From: Capsulimonadaceae bacterium
Lineage (GTDB): Bacteria; Armatimonadota; Armatimonadia; Armatimonadales; Capsulimonadaceae
DNA length: 64,000 nucleotides
Reading direction: 5' to 3'
Assembly (NCBI GenBank): GCA_965215505.1
Contig: OZ244065.1
Location: 192,001-256,000, forward strand
Shown here: piece after piece, positions 9,480-17,012 of the stretch
Layout of the letters: each line of letters starts with the position of its first letter
Position numbering within the stretch: position 1 is the first letter of the stretch
The notes under the pieces: generated by a model
What the model saw: the letters and a program-made list of their open reading frames with translations, nothing else
What the model was told of the DNA's origin: nothing
The model's database searches: none
Translations under genes and position numbers: made by a program

Positions 9480-10057
9480 TAGTCATAGTGCCAAAGACCG
9501 TCGCCTTGTTGAACGCCTGTATTCTGTATCCGCCCTCATTGCGCGATCTGTTGATGCGGCTCGCTGCCGCCCGTGTCTATGCGCCGCGCTGGACAGAGGA
9601 AATCCACACGGAGTGGATACGCAATGTGCTGGCAAACAATCCCGGCGTGACGCCAGCCCAACTGGACCGCACCCGCGGCCTAATGAACCAAGTCGCGTCT
9701 GATTGCCTTGTTTCTGGCTACGAGGCGCGTATCCCCACCCTCAACTTGCCGGACCCGAACGACCGTCATGTGTTAGCCGCCGCGATAGAGGCACAAGCAC
9801 CGCTCATCGTCACCTTTAACCTCTCGGACTTTCCTAATGCCGTTCTTCGGAGGTATGGCATTGATGCCGTCCACCCGGACGATTTTCTCACGGGTCTGTT
9901 TGATGATGACCCTGCCTTGTTCTTACGGACCGTGCAGACCCACCGCGCCTCCCTACATAATCCGCCGAAGGATGAGGTGGGCTATGTCCAGACGCTCAGG
10001 ATAAACGGCCTCAAAGAACTTGCCTCGCGTCTAGAAGCCGATCTGAGTCAGCTATAG
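9476..10057 (+). CDS. PIN domain protein (VapC-like toxin)
   Basis: LLNACILYP..LRDLL, EIHTEW, LPDPNDRHVLAAA, IVTFNLSDFP, HPDDFL. Confidence 0.85.
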   Translation: MIVIVPKTVALLNACILYPPSLRDLLMRLAAARVYAPRWTEEIHTEWIRNVLANNPGVTPAQLDRTRGLMNQVASDCLVSGYEARIPTLNLPDPNDRHVLAAAIEAQAPLIVTFNLSDFPNAVLRRYGIDAVHPDDFLTGLFDDDPALFLRTVQTHRASLHNPPKDEVGYVQTLRINGLKELASRLEADLSQL

Positions 10058-10466
10058 GTTGCCATCTCAACGCGCGATACCCCACCCAATACGACAATGA
10101 TTTCTGACGCAACGCCTCTTGGAGTTCTTCCAGGAAGAGTTGCAGGACTTCAGGCGGGACCTGCAAGTCCTCAAACCGCTCCGGTAACTTGTCCCCACGC
10201 GCAAACCATTTGACAGGACCCAGCGGCAGTTGTGCCTGCGTTGAGATCGCCAGTCTCCACTCAAGGTAGTGCTGTTTTGACCACGAGATCGCCCTTACGG
10301 TCGAGTGGCAGTTACTCGGCAAAAGAGAAAACAAAAGCTTTCTCGTGACCGTTGCTTGCTTCCTATTGGCGACCTCAAACACCGCCGTGCAATGTCCAAA
10401 GTCATAGTTGTCAGTTTTACAGCATACGAGCATCCTATTGTGCATCGTGTCCTCGCTTCTTTTCAC
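10011..10466 (-). CDS. Hypothetical protein
   Basis: 151-aa ORF in a lower-GC patch, convergent on and overlapping the PIN gene; no recognised motif. Confidence 0.35.
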   Translation of the reverse strand: MKRSEDTMHNRMLVCCKTDNYDFGHCTAVFEVANRKQATVTRKLLFSLLPSNCHSTVRAISWSKQHYLEWRLAISTQAQLPLGPVKWFARGDKLPERFEDLQVPPEVLQLFLEELQEALRQKSLSYWVGYRALRWQPIADSDRLLDARQVL

Positions 10467-10539
10467 AGATAGACTGACTGCCCATCAGCTTGGCTTATTG
10501 CCGGAAGTCGTTACTGCTCCATGGCATCGGCCACACGCC

Positions 10540-10563
10540 GGGCGCGATAAATCGTGCCCCTAC
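10540..10563 (-). repeat. GTAG-type REP palindrome
   Basis: Minus strand GTAGGGGCACGATTTATCGCGCCC, resembling the copy at 30129; its TAG is the stop of the uvrB remnant. Confidence 0.7.
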
Positions 10564-10643
10564 TTCTTCGCCCCTGCCGGCAGGAGCTTCTTCAGGCGGC
10601 TGAGTTCATCGCGAAGCTCGGCGGCACACTCGAACTCCAAGGA
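10560..10643 (-). pseudogene. Displaced duplicate of the uvrB 3' end
   Basis: Encodes [27 protein letters not shown], versus [27 protein letters not shown] at the end of uvrB; no start codon. Confidence 0.9.
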
Positions 10644-10690
10644 CGGCACGGGCGAGGGCGGAGCAAGATACCAGAAACTCAGACAAAGTG

Positions 10691-10718
10691 TTTACATTTT
10701 TGGATTTTCTGCCATAGT
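10691..10718 (+). promoter_or_regulatory. Candidate sigma70-like promoter facing the DUF3800 3' end
   Basis: TTTACA (10691-10696), 16-bp spacer, CATAGT (10713-10718) in an AT-rich patch just before a long hairpin. Confidence 0.4.
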
Positions 10719-11666
10719 AGCAGTGGAGGCTCGGCTTCGGGTTCCACGAAAGTGGATTACGGGGCGTTGCCTTCTTTTCTTTTGCCCGTCTCCCCGTAAA
10801 GCTGCGGCACATAGCACACGCTGAACCGGGGGGAACTCCTTCCCTTCTTTTCCCACGACGCCGCGCCATTGCAGTGCGGACAGCGCAGCTTCAAAGTCTT
10901 CGGCGATTTCCGGGCGCGTGGGCGCGTCCATGCCGCGCTCCGGCAGTCGGAAGCCCCAGTTCAGACAGTAGATGCACAGGTCGGCGGCTTGGATGGCGTA
11001 AGTCATGTCCGACAGGACGAACAGCGGGGTGGGTATGATGTGCTGCGCGTATAAACGTCCGTTCTGTGTCAGGCTGAAATAACGCTCGATCCGCTGCATG
11101 AAGCGTCTGTCTTCGCTGTTCTCGATGTGGTCCATGACCAGAAGCCCCTGCTCCTGTTTTTCCCGAAGAAACAGGGCGTAGCGGTCCATCAGGTACACCC
11201 AGTCACGGCGCAGATCTTCCGGGTTGTGGCTTTCCGGCGGCTTTTGGGTGCCGCGCGGAACGGCGACCGCCAGGAGAGTGGCGTTCTGGCGCTGCAAAAG
11301 GGTCATCATGGAGTGTGCCATTTTCAAGCAGGCCTGGCCGTAAGCGGTGAACTCACTGCGAGAGGGGGGCTGCTTGGCAAGCCCTTCTTTGAGGAAGGCT
11401 TGAGCCTGTTCCCGGCGGACGATGTCCGGCAAAGGCATCTCTTCCTGAGCCGCCCACTGGTAACGCTTTTTGCCGAGTAGATGTGCCCCCTTCAGTTCCG
11501 CCTGATACTCATGCAGGGGCACGCCGAAGGCTTCCTGTTCCAGCGCGCGCATTCCCTGGACAAAAGGCCAGACGCGGGAGGCGTGAAGAGCGATACCGCC
11601 ATGCACCTCGTAGGGCATGGTTTTGTGGTCGTGTCCACTTTCATCTAGAAACAGCAGGTAGCTCAA
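10692..11666 (-). CDS. DUF3800 domain protein (predicted RNase H-like fold)
   Basis: N-terminal LLFLDESG and C-terminal IQAAD motifs define DUF3800; TTG start 2 nt after the uvrB stop; possible frameshift in the G6 run at 10828-10833. Confidence 0.88.
   Translation of the reverse strand: MSYLLFLDESGHDHKTMPYEVHGGIALHASRVWPFVQGMRALEQEAFGVPLHEYQAELKGAHLLGKKRYQWAAQEEMPLPDIVRREQAQAFLKEGLAKQPPSRSEFTAYGQACLKMAHSMMTLLQRQNATLLAVAVPRGTQKPPESHNPEDLRRDWVYLMDRYALFLREKQEQGLLVMDHIENSEDRRFMQRIERYFSLTQNGRLYAQHIIPTPLFVLSDMTYAIQAADLCIYCLNWGFRLPERGMDAPTRPEIAEDFEAALSALQWRGVVGKEGKEFPPVQRVLCAAALRGDGQKKRRQRPVIHFRGTRSRASTATMAENPKM
10723..10783 (+). ncRNA. Candidate DUF3800-associated small structured RNA (or bidirectional terminator)
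   Basis: Nested pairings GGAGGC/GCCTTC, GCTTCG/CGGGGC and TCCAC-GAAA-GTGGA, followed by TTTTCTTTT. Confidence 0.45.
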
Positions 11667-11668
11667 CC

Positions 11669-13663
11669 CTATTTCTTCGCCCCCGCTGGCAGCAGTTTCT
11701 TCAGGCGGCTGAGTTCGTCGCGCAGTTCGGCGGCGCGCTCGAACTCCAAAGACCGCGCGGCCTGCTTCATCTCCTTCTCGATGTCCGCCAACGCGGACAT
11801 GAGCTGGTCCAGGGGCAGGGTTTCGGGGTTGCGGTTGCGGGAGATGTTGTAGTAGGACTTCTGCTCGGCGATCTTCTTGGACTCGATGACCTCGCGGACG
11901 GCCTTGTTGACAGTGTACGGGGTGATGTTGTGTTCGGTGTTATAGGACACCTGGATGGCCCGGCGGCGGTCGGTTTCGCCCATCGCGCGCTCCATGGAGC
12001 CGGTGATGCGGTCGGCGTACATGATGACCTGGCCGCCGACGTTGCGGGCGGCCCGGCCGATGGTCTGGATGAGGGACGTTTCCGACCGCAGGAAGCCCTC
12101 TTTATCGGCGTCCAGGATGGCGACGAGGGAGACTTCCGGCAAGTCCAGGCCCTCGCGCAAAAGGTTGATGCCGATGATGACGTCGTAGATGCCTAATCTC
12201 AGGTCGCGCAGGATTTCGGTCCGCTCCAGCGTGTGGATGTCCGAGTGCAGGTAGTTGACCTTGATGTTCAGGTCCAGCAGGTACTCGGTCAGGTCCTCGG
12301 ACATCTTCTTGGTCAGGGTCGTCACCAGGACGCGCTCGCCCCGGCTGGTCCGGTCGCGAATCTCGTTCAGCAGGTCGTCCACCTGCCCGCGCGTCGGCTT
12401 GATGATGATCTCGGGGTCGATCAGGCCGGTCGGGCGGATGATCTGCTGTACGATCTGCTCGGAATGCTCCCGCTCGAAGGCGGCGGGCGTGGCCGAGACG
12501 AAGACGCACTGGCCGACGCGCTCCTGGAACTCCTCGAACTTCAGGGGCCGGTTGTCGCCCGCCGAGGGCAGCCGGAAGCCGTACTCGATGAGCGTGTCTT
12601 TGCGCGCCTTGTCGCCGTTGTACATGGCCCGGAGCTGGGGCAGAGTCTGGTGGGACTCGTCAATGACGATCAGATAGTCGTCCGGGAAGTAGTCCAGCAG
12701 CGTGTGGGGCGCGCTGCCGGGGGCACGCCCGTCGAACCAGCGCGAGTAGTTCTCGATGCCGTTGCAGTAGCCGACCTCGCGGATCATCTCCAGGTCGAAG
12801 CGCGTCCGCTGCTCGATGCGCTGGGCTTCGAGCAGCTTGCCCTGCTGCTTGAAAAGGGCGATGCGCTGGTGCATCTCGTCCTCGATGCCGATGATGGCCT
12901 TCTCCTGGCGCTCGGGGCTGGAGACGAAGTGGGAGGCGGGGAAGACGGTGATCTCGTCCTTGGAAGCCTGCACCTCGCCGGTCAAGGGGTCCACGATCGT
13001 GATCTTTTCCACTTCGTCGCCGAAGAACTCGACCCGGATGACGATCTCCTCGTCGGCCGGCTGGAGTTCCAGCACGTCGCCGCGCACGCGGAACGTCGAG
13101 CGGGTCAGGACGATGTCGTTGCGGGTGAACTGCATGTCCACGAGGCGGCGCAGCATGTCGTCCCGGTCGTACTCCTTGCCGCGCTCGAACTTCAGGATGA
13201 TGCGGGCGTACTCTTCGGGTGCGCCCAGGCCGTAGATGCACGAGACCGAAGCGACGATGACCACGTCCCGCCGCTCCAAAACGGCCTGGGTCGCCGAGTG
13301 CCGCAGCCGGTCGATCTCGTCGTTGATGGCCGAGTCTTTTTCGATGAACGTGTCCGTGGACGGGATATACGCCTCGGGCTGATAGTAGTCGTAATAGGAG
13401 ACAAAATACTCGACGGAGTTCTCCCCGAAGAAGTCCCGGAACTCGGAGCAGAGCTGGGCCGCCAAAGTCTTATTGTGCGCGATGACCAGCGTGGGCCGCT
13501 GCACCCGCTCGATGACGTTGGCCGCCGTGAAGGTCTTGCCGGTGCCCGTGGCCCCGAGCAGGGTCTGGTACTTGTGCCCTTGCTTCAGCCCCGCCGCCAG
13601 CTTGTTGATCGCCGCCGGCTGGTCGCCGGAGGGCTTGTAGTTGGAGATGACCTTGAAATCCAT
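11669..13663 (-). CDS. uvrB: Excinuclease ABC subunit B
   Basis: [42 protein letters not shown]-terminal UVR domain. Confidence 0.98.
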   Translation of the reverse strand: MDFKVISNYKPSGDQPAAINKLAAGLKQGHKYQTLLGATGTGKTFTAANVIERVQRPTLVIAHNKTLAAQLCSEFRDFFGENSVEYFVSYYDYYQPEAYIPSTDTFIEKDSAINDEIDRLRHSATQAVLERRDVVIVASVSCIYGLGAPEEYARIILKFERGKEYDRDDMLRRLVDMQFTRNDIVLTRSTFRVRGDVLELQPADEEIVIRVEFFGDEVEKITIVDPLTGEVQASKDEITVFPASHFVSSPERQEKAIIGIEDEMHQRIALFKQQGKLLEAQRIEQRTRFDLEMIREVGYCNGIENYSRWFDGRAPGSAPHTLLDYFPDDYLIVIDESHQTLPQLRAMYNGDKARKDTLIEYGFRLPSAGDNRPLKFEEFQERVGQCVFVSATPAAFEREHSEQIVQQIIRPTGLIDPEIIIKPTRGQVDDLLNEIRDRTSRGERVLVTTLTKKMSEDLTEYLLDLNIKVNYLHSDIHTLERTEILRDLRLGIYDVIIGINLLREGLDLPEVSLVAILDADKEGFLRSETSLIQTIGRAARNVGGQVIMYADRITGSMERAMGETDRRRAIQVSYNTEHNITPYTVNKAVREVIESKKIAEQKSYYNISRNRNPETLPLDQLMSALADIEKEMKQAARSLEFERAAELRDELSRLKKLLPAGAKK

Positions 13664-13688
13664 CCGCTGTCTCCTAGTCCGTCGGGTC

Positions 13689-14123
13689 TTAGATCGTCGG
13701 GTTGGCCGCCAGCCAGTCGCCCGGCGTCATCACGGTCACTGCCTGCGCGCCCCGCGTCAGCACCTCAACATCCCATGTGATCAATGTCGTGCCGAGTTCC
13801 TGTGCCACGGCGACATACACCGCGTCCGGTCCGCGCAGGCGGTAAAGAACAGCAATGCTGGCCGCTTGCCGGGCGCGGGCCGGCGTCAACTCGATGAGTG
13901 AGAGGTATGGGAACACCTCTATTTGAGAAGCCACCGCGTTTGCCAGGTTCACATTCCTGGTCGAACGGGCGATCGCCGCCGCCACTTCCGGCACAATCAA
14001 CGTCGGGCAGGCGATGGTCACTACCGACTGAACAAGCCGGTTCAAAAACTGGTCACTGGCGGAATGTTGAACCTCCGTCCGGACGCGGGCGGAGACGAAG
14101 ACGTTGGCATCGATTGTCAGCAT
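13689..14123 (-). CDS. VapC-type PIN toxin
   Basis: [27 protein letters not shown]. Confidence 0.85.
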   Translation of the reverse strand: MLTIDANVFVSARVRTEVQHSASDQFLNRLVQSVVTIACPTLIVPEVAAAIARSTRNVNLANAVASQIEVFPYLSLIELTPARARQAASIAVLYRLRGPDAVYVAVAQELGTTLITWDVEVLTRGAQAVTVMTPGDWLAANPTI

Positions 14124-14384
14124 TCACTCCCTCATCTCAGCGACGATCTCAGCCGCCGATTTGTCAGTATCCCAGGCCGCCGTCACCTGTTCCGTCAGTT
14201 CATCCCAGTCGCGTTTCCAGTGTTCGTATGCCTTCCGGCGTTGTGAGAGCGTTTCCTCCGCCTCCACGATGAACCGCGCTCCTGTCACCTCCACCGTGTA
14301 CCTCGCGTGCGGCTTCGCCTCGCCCAGCAGCTCGGGGAGCAGCACGAGCCGCCCGGCCTCATCCGTCTCGATCACCCGTGTCAT
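14124..14384 (-). CDS. Putative AbrB/VapB-like antitoxin
   Basis: IETDEAGRLVL AbrB-like start; abuts the PIN gene. Confidence 0.65.
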   Translation of the reverse strand: MTRVIETDEAGRLVLLPELLGEAKPHARYTVEVTGARFIVEAEETLSQRRKAYEHWKRDWDELTEQVTAAWDTDKSAAEIVAEMRE

Positions 14385-14411
14385 GGCACCGCCCCTTCAC
14401 GCAAATCACGC

Positions 14412-14448
14412 AAAAACGGCGGCCTTCAGACATTTCCAAAGACCGCCG
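14412..14448 (-). terminator. Terminator-like hairpin in the leader of the TA-uvrB unit
   Basis: Minus strand CGGCGGTCTTTGGA-AATG-TCTGAAGGCCGCCG followed by TTTTT. Confidence 0.55.
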
Positions 14449-14468
14449 CAAACCGATGTTCTATTGTA
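14449..14468 (-). promoter_or_regulatory. -10 box with adjacent LexA (Cheo-type) box candidate
   Basis: Minus strand TACAAT immediately followed by AGAAC-ATCG-GTTTG, one mismatch from GAAC-N4-GTTC, upstream of the unit containing uvrB. Confidence 0.5.
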
Positions 14469-14534
14469 CCCGAACGGCCCTGATTTTTTGCCGCAGACGG
14501 GGAGGAATCTTCGCCCCGACCGGTGAAACTGCGC

Positions 14535-14915
14535 TCACCCGCCGCTGACCTGGAGCTGGTTGTGGACGGCCTTGTCCTGGCCCAATGTCTCGCGGGCGAT
14601 GCGGCCCGCGCGGGCCTTGTCTGCGGCGCTGTTGACCGTGCCGCGCAGGTAAACGCCGTCCGCGTCGGCGCGGACGTGGATGGTCGTCGGCAGGTTCGCG
14701 GCGGCCAGGGCGGCCGAGACGCGCGATTGCAGCTTCAGCCTGTCGAGCTTGGGCCGGGCCTGCCGCTCCGCCTGTTGGGCCTGCCGGCTGACGACGGTGG
14801 CATTACGTTGGGCATCGCCCTTCGCGCTGTCGAGCGTCTGCTGGGAGCAGCCGGTGAGGACCGTCCCGAGGCCGATGAGGGCCGAAAGCAGTGTCGGTGT
14901 TGACTTGTTTCTCAT
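14535..14915 (-). CDS. BON domain lipoprotein
   Basis: Signal peptide with lipobox LTGC; VYLRGTV...AGRIA...VHNQLQV BON pattern. Confidence 0.8.
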   Translation of the reverse strand: MRNKSTPTLLSALIGLGTVLTGCSQQTLDSAKGDAQRNATVVSRQAQQAERQARPKLDRLKLQSRVSAALAAANLPTTIHVRADADGVYLRGTVNSAADKARAGRIARETLGQDKAVHNQLQVSGG

Positions 14916-14978
14916 GATAACCCCCGTGTTCCCGGCACTTGCGCCGGTCAACCCCGATAAAAGAAAGACGCAAAGAAC

Positions 14979-15422
14979 ATGACGACGCTGCCCGACATCA
15001 CCCAGACCCTGCTGGCCTGCAAGAAGGCCAAGGGCCTGAGTTTCGTTGACCTGGAGCCGCTGGTCGGCCTGGACGAGATCTGCATCGCGGCCATCATCTA
15101 CCGCCAGGCCACCGCGACGCCCGACGAGGCCCGCAAGCTGACGGCCGCTCTGGGCCTGGGGCCGGACATAGCCGACCATCTCACCGAATACCCGTCCAAG
15201 GGCCTGGGGCCGGTCGTCCCGACGGACCCGTTCGTCTACCGCTTCTACGAGATCGTGCAGGTCTACGGGATGCCCCTGAAGTCGGTCATCCAGGAGAAGT
15301 TCGGCGACGGCATCATGTCCGCCATTGACTTCACGATGCACGTCGAGAAGGTGGAAGACCCGAAGGGCGACCGGGTCAAGCTGACCATGAACGGGAAGTT
15401 CCTGCCGTACAAGAAGTGGTGA
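14979..15422 (+). CDS. cynS: Cyanase (cyanate hydratase)
   Basis: [30 protein letters not shown]. Confidence 0.95.
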   Translation: MTTLPDITQTLLACKKAKGLSFVDLEPLVGLDEICIAAIIYRQATATPDEARKLTAALGLGPDIADHLTEYPSKGLGPVVPTDPFVYRFYEIVQVYGMPLKSVIQEKFGDGIMSAIDFTMHVEKVEDPKGDRVKLTMNGKFLPYKKW

Positions 15423-15429
15423 CACCGTC

Positions 15430-15864
15430 CTAGAACCGCAGATGGTGCGCCGTCAGCCAGCCGATGCGGGCGATCCCCGTCAGCAGGAGCAGGGCGGCGG
15501 CGCCCAGGCTGAGGCGCGTCGCGGCGCGCGGCGTCAGCGGCCAGAGTGTCACGCCGCGCGCCCAGAACAGGCCGCCGCGGAGCCACAGCAGGAGGCAGGC
15601 GGCGTAGAGGAGCCAGCCCAGCGGGTGCCAGTGCAGCGCTTCGTGCCACCGCGCGTGGCCCAGGCAGACGAAGCTGCGGGTCAGCCCGCAGCCGGGGCAG
15701 GGCAGGCCGGTCAGGTTGTAGAAGGGGCAGACGGAGGGCAGGTGGCCGATGGCCCCGTCGGCTCCCGGCGGGGGCAGCAGGAGGCTGGCCCCGAGGATTC
15801 CGGTCAGGACGGCCCAACTCGTCCCGGCGTTGGCCCGCGCCCGGCTCTGTCGGGGGGCGTTCAC
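15430..15864 (-). CDS. DUF2752 membrane protein
   Basis: CPFYNLTGLPCPGCGLTRS...HPLG signature. Confidence 0.85.
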   Translation of the reverse strand: MNAPRQSRARANAGTSWAVLTGILGASLLLPPPGADGAIGHLPSVCPFYNLTGLPCPGCGLTRSFVCLGHARWHEALHWHPLGWLLYAACLLLWLRGGLFWARGVTLWPLTPRAATRLSLGAAALLLLTGIARIGWLTAHHLRF

Positions 15865-16337
15865 GGGCGCGAGGGCCTTGGCCGACGCGGCGTGGACGTG
15901 CCGGAGGGCGGCGGCGGCCAGGTGCCGGGGTCAGGGCCGCGGTCAGGGCTAGAGGGCGGCCCGGTCATGGCGGCCTGCCAGACGCGGTTCAGCGAGTCCT
16001 GCTGCAAGACCGGGTTGATCAGCCCCAGGCCCCCGAAGCCGCCGAAGCCGACGAGGTCCAGGACAAGGTACAGGACGGCGTTGTCGGTGGCCGGCAGCCC
16101 GACCCGCCCGCACATCTCGGCGACGCGCTTGCCCATCTTATAGTCCCAGTAGACGTTGTAAAGCCCGCAAGTGATGACCGAGAGCAGCACCTCGACGCTG
16201 GGCGACACGTCGCGCTCCTCCAGGAATTCCTGTGTCTCCTCCGAAACGACATAGATGAAATATAGGTAGTAGATCCCAAATGTCAGCAGGATCAGCACCA
16301 GTGTCAGCGCAGGATTGCGCGTCGCCCCCAATCGCAT
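15861..16337 (-). CDS. DUF4234 membrane protein with WPPPP tail
   Basis: LLTFGIYYLYFIY, ITCGLYNVYWDYK, QDSLN; PGTWPPPP near the C-terminus. Confidence 0.75.
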   Translation of the reverse strand: MRLGATRNPALTLVLILLTFGIYYLYFIYVVSEETQEFLEERDVSPSVEVLLSVITCGLYNVYWDYKMGKRVAEMCGRVGLPATDNAVLYLVLDLVGFGGFGGLGLINPVLQQDSLNRVWQAAMTGPPSSPDRGPDPGTWPPPPSGTSTPRRPRPSRP

Positions 16338-16491
16338 GTCCGTTTCCCCTTTACTCTCCCGGATCTTCCTGCCCTCTATTCGCCGCCGTCCCACCCGCTT
16401 CCTCCGTTTACCATCCGGCACAGGCGGGTAAGCACGGGTTATCGGCGAGAAGAGGACCGCGCGGAAGAGGCGCGGGGAAAGTGAGGACTCG

Positions 16492-16953
16492 GTGAAGCCA
16501 TTGGAGTCGCCGCCACTGTTGGAGATCTGGCTGCCTGCCGACCCGAAGGCGGTCCCCTCGGCGCGTCACCGGGCGATGCAGGCGTGTACGGACGCCGGCC
16601 TGGCCGAAGAAGACTGCTTCACGCTGGACCTTGCGCTGGGGGAGGCGCTGGCGAACGCGGTCATGCACGGTGCGCCCTGTGTTCCGGTCAGCCCGGATGC
16701 GGATTGTGACCGTCACGTCTGCCTGAGTCTCTGGGGCTATCAGGACCGTCTTATCATACACGTCTGCGACCGGGGGCCTGGCTTCAGCCCGCCCCCGCCC
16801 CCCTACCCGATGCCCGCCGCAGCCGGCGGCGCGACGCACGGGCGGGGGCTTCCGCTGATGGAAACCCTCACGGACGCCATGGTGGTTTGCCGGGCCGACG
16901 CCGAAGGCGGGGGCGCGTCCGTGTACCTTGTCAAGAACAAGGCGCGGTCATGA
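16492..16953 (+). CDS. Anti-sigma factor-type ATP-binding protein (HATPase_c_2, RsbW-like)
   Basis: LALGEALANAVMHG, DRGPGF, HGRGLPLM. Confidence 0.85.
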   Translation: MKPLESPPLLEIWLPADPKAVPSARHRAMQACTDAGLAEEDCFTLDLALGEALANAVMHGAPCVPVSPDADCDRHVCLSLWGYQDRLIIHVCDRGPGFSPPPPPYPMPAAAGGATHGRGLPLMETLTDAMVVCRADAEGGGASVYLVKNKARS

Positions 16954-17012
16954 CTCGCCGCTGCTGACGGCCGGGCAGGAAATCGACGTCTCTTTATGGT
17001 AAAACAGGAGCG

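Noticed and set aside
12233-13780. 515-aa plus-strand ORF
   Set aside because: Antisense shadow of uvrB, expected from high-GC codon bias.
9100-14470. Prophage or integrative element around uvrB
   Set aside because: No integrase, transposase, phage or conjugation genes are present in the window.
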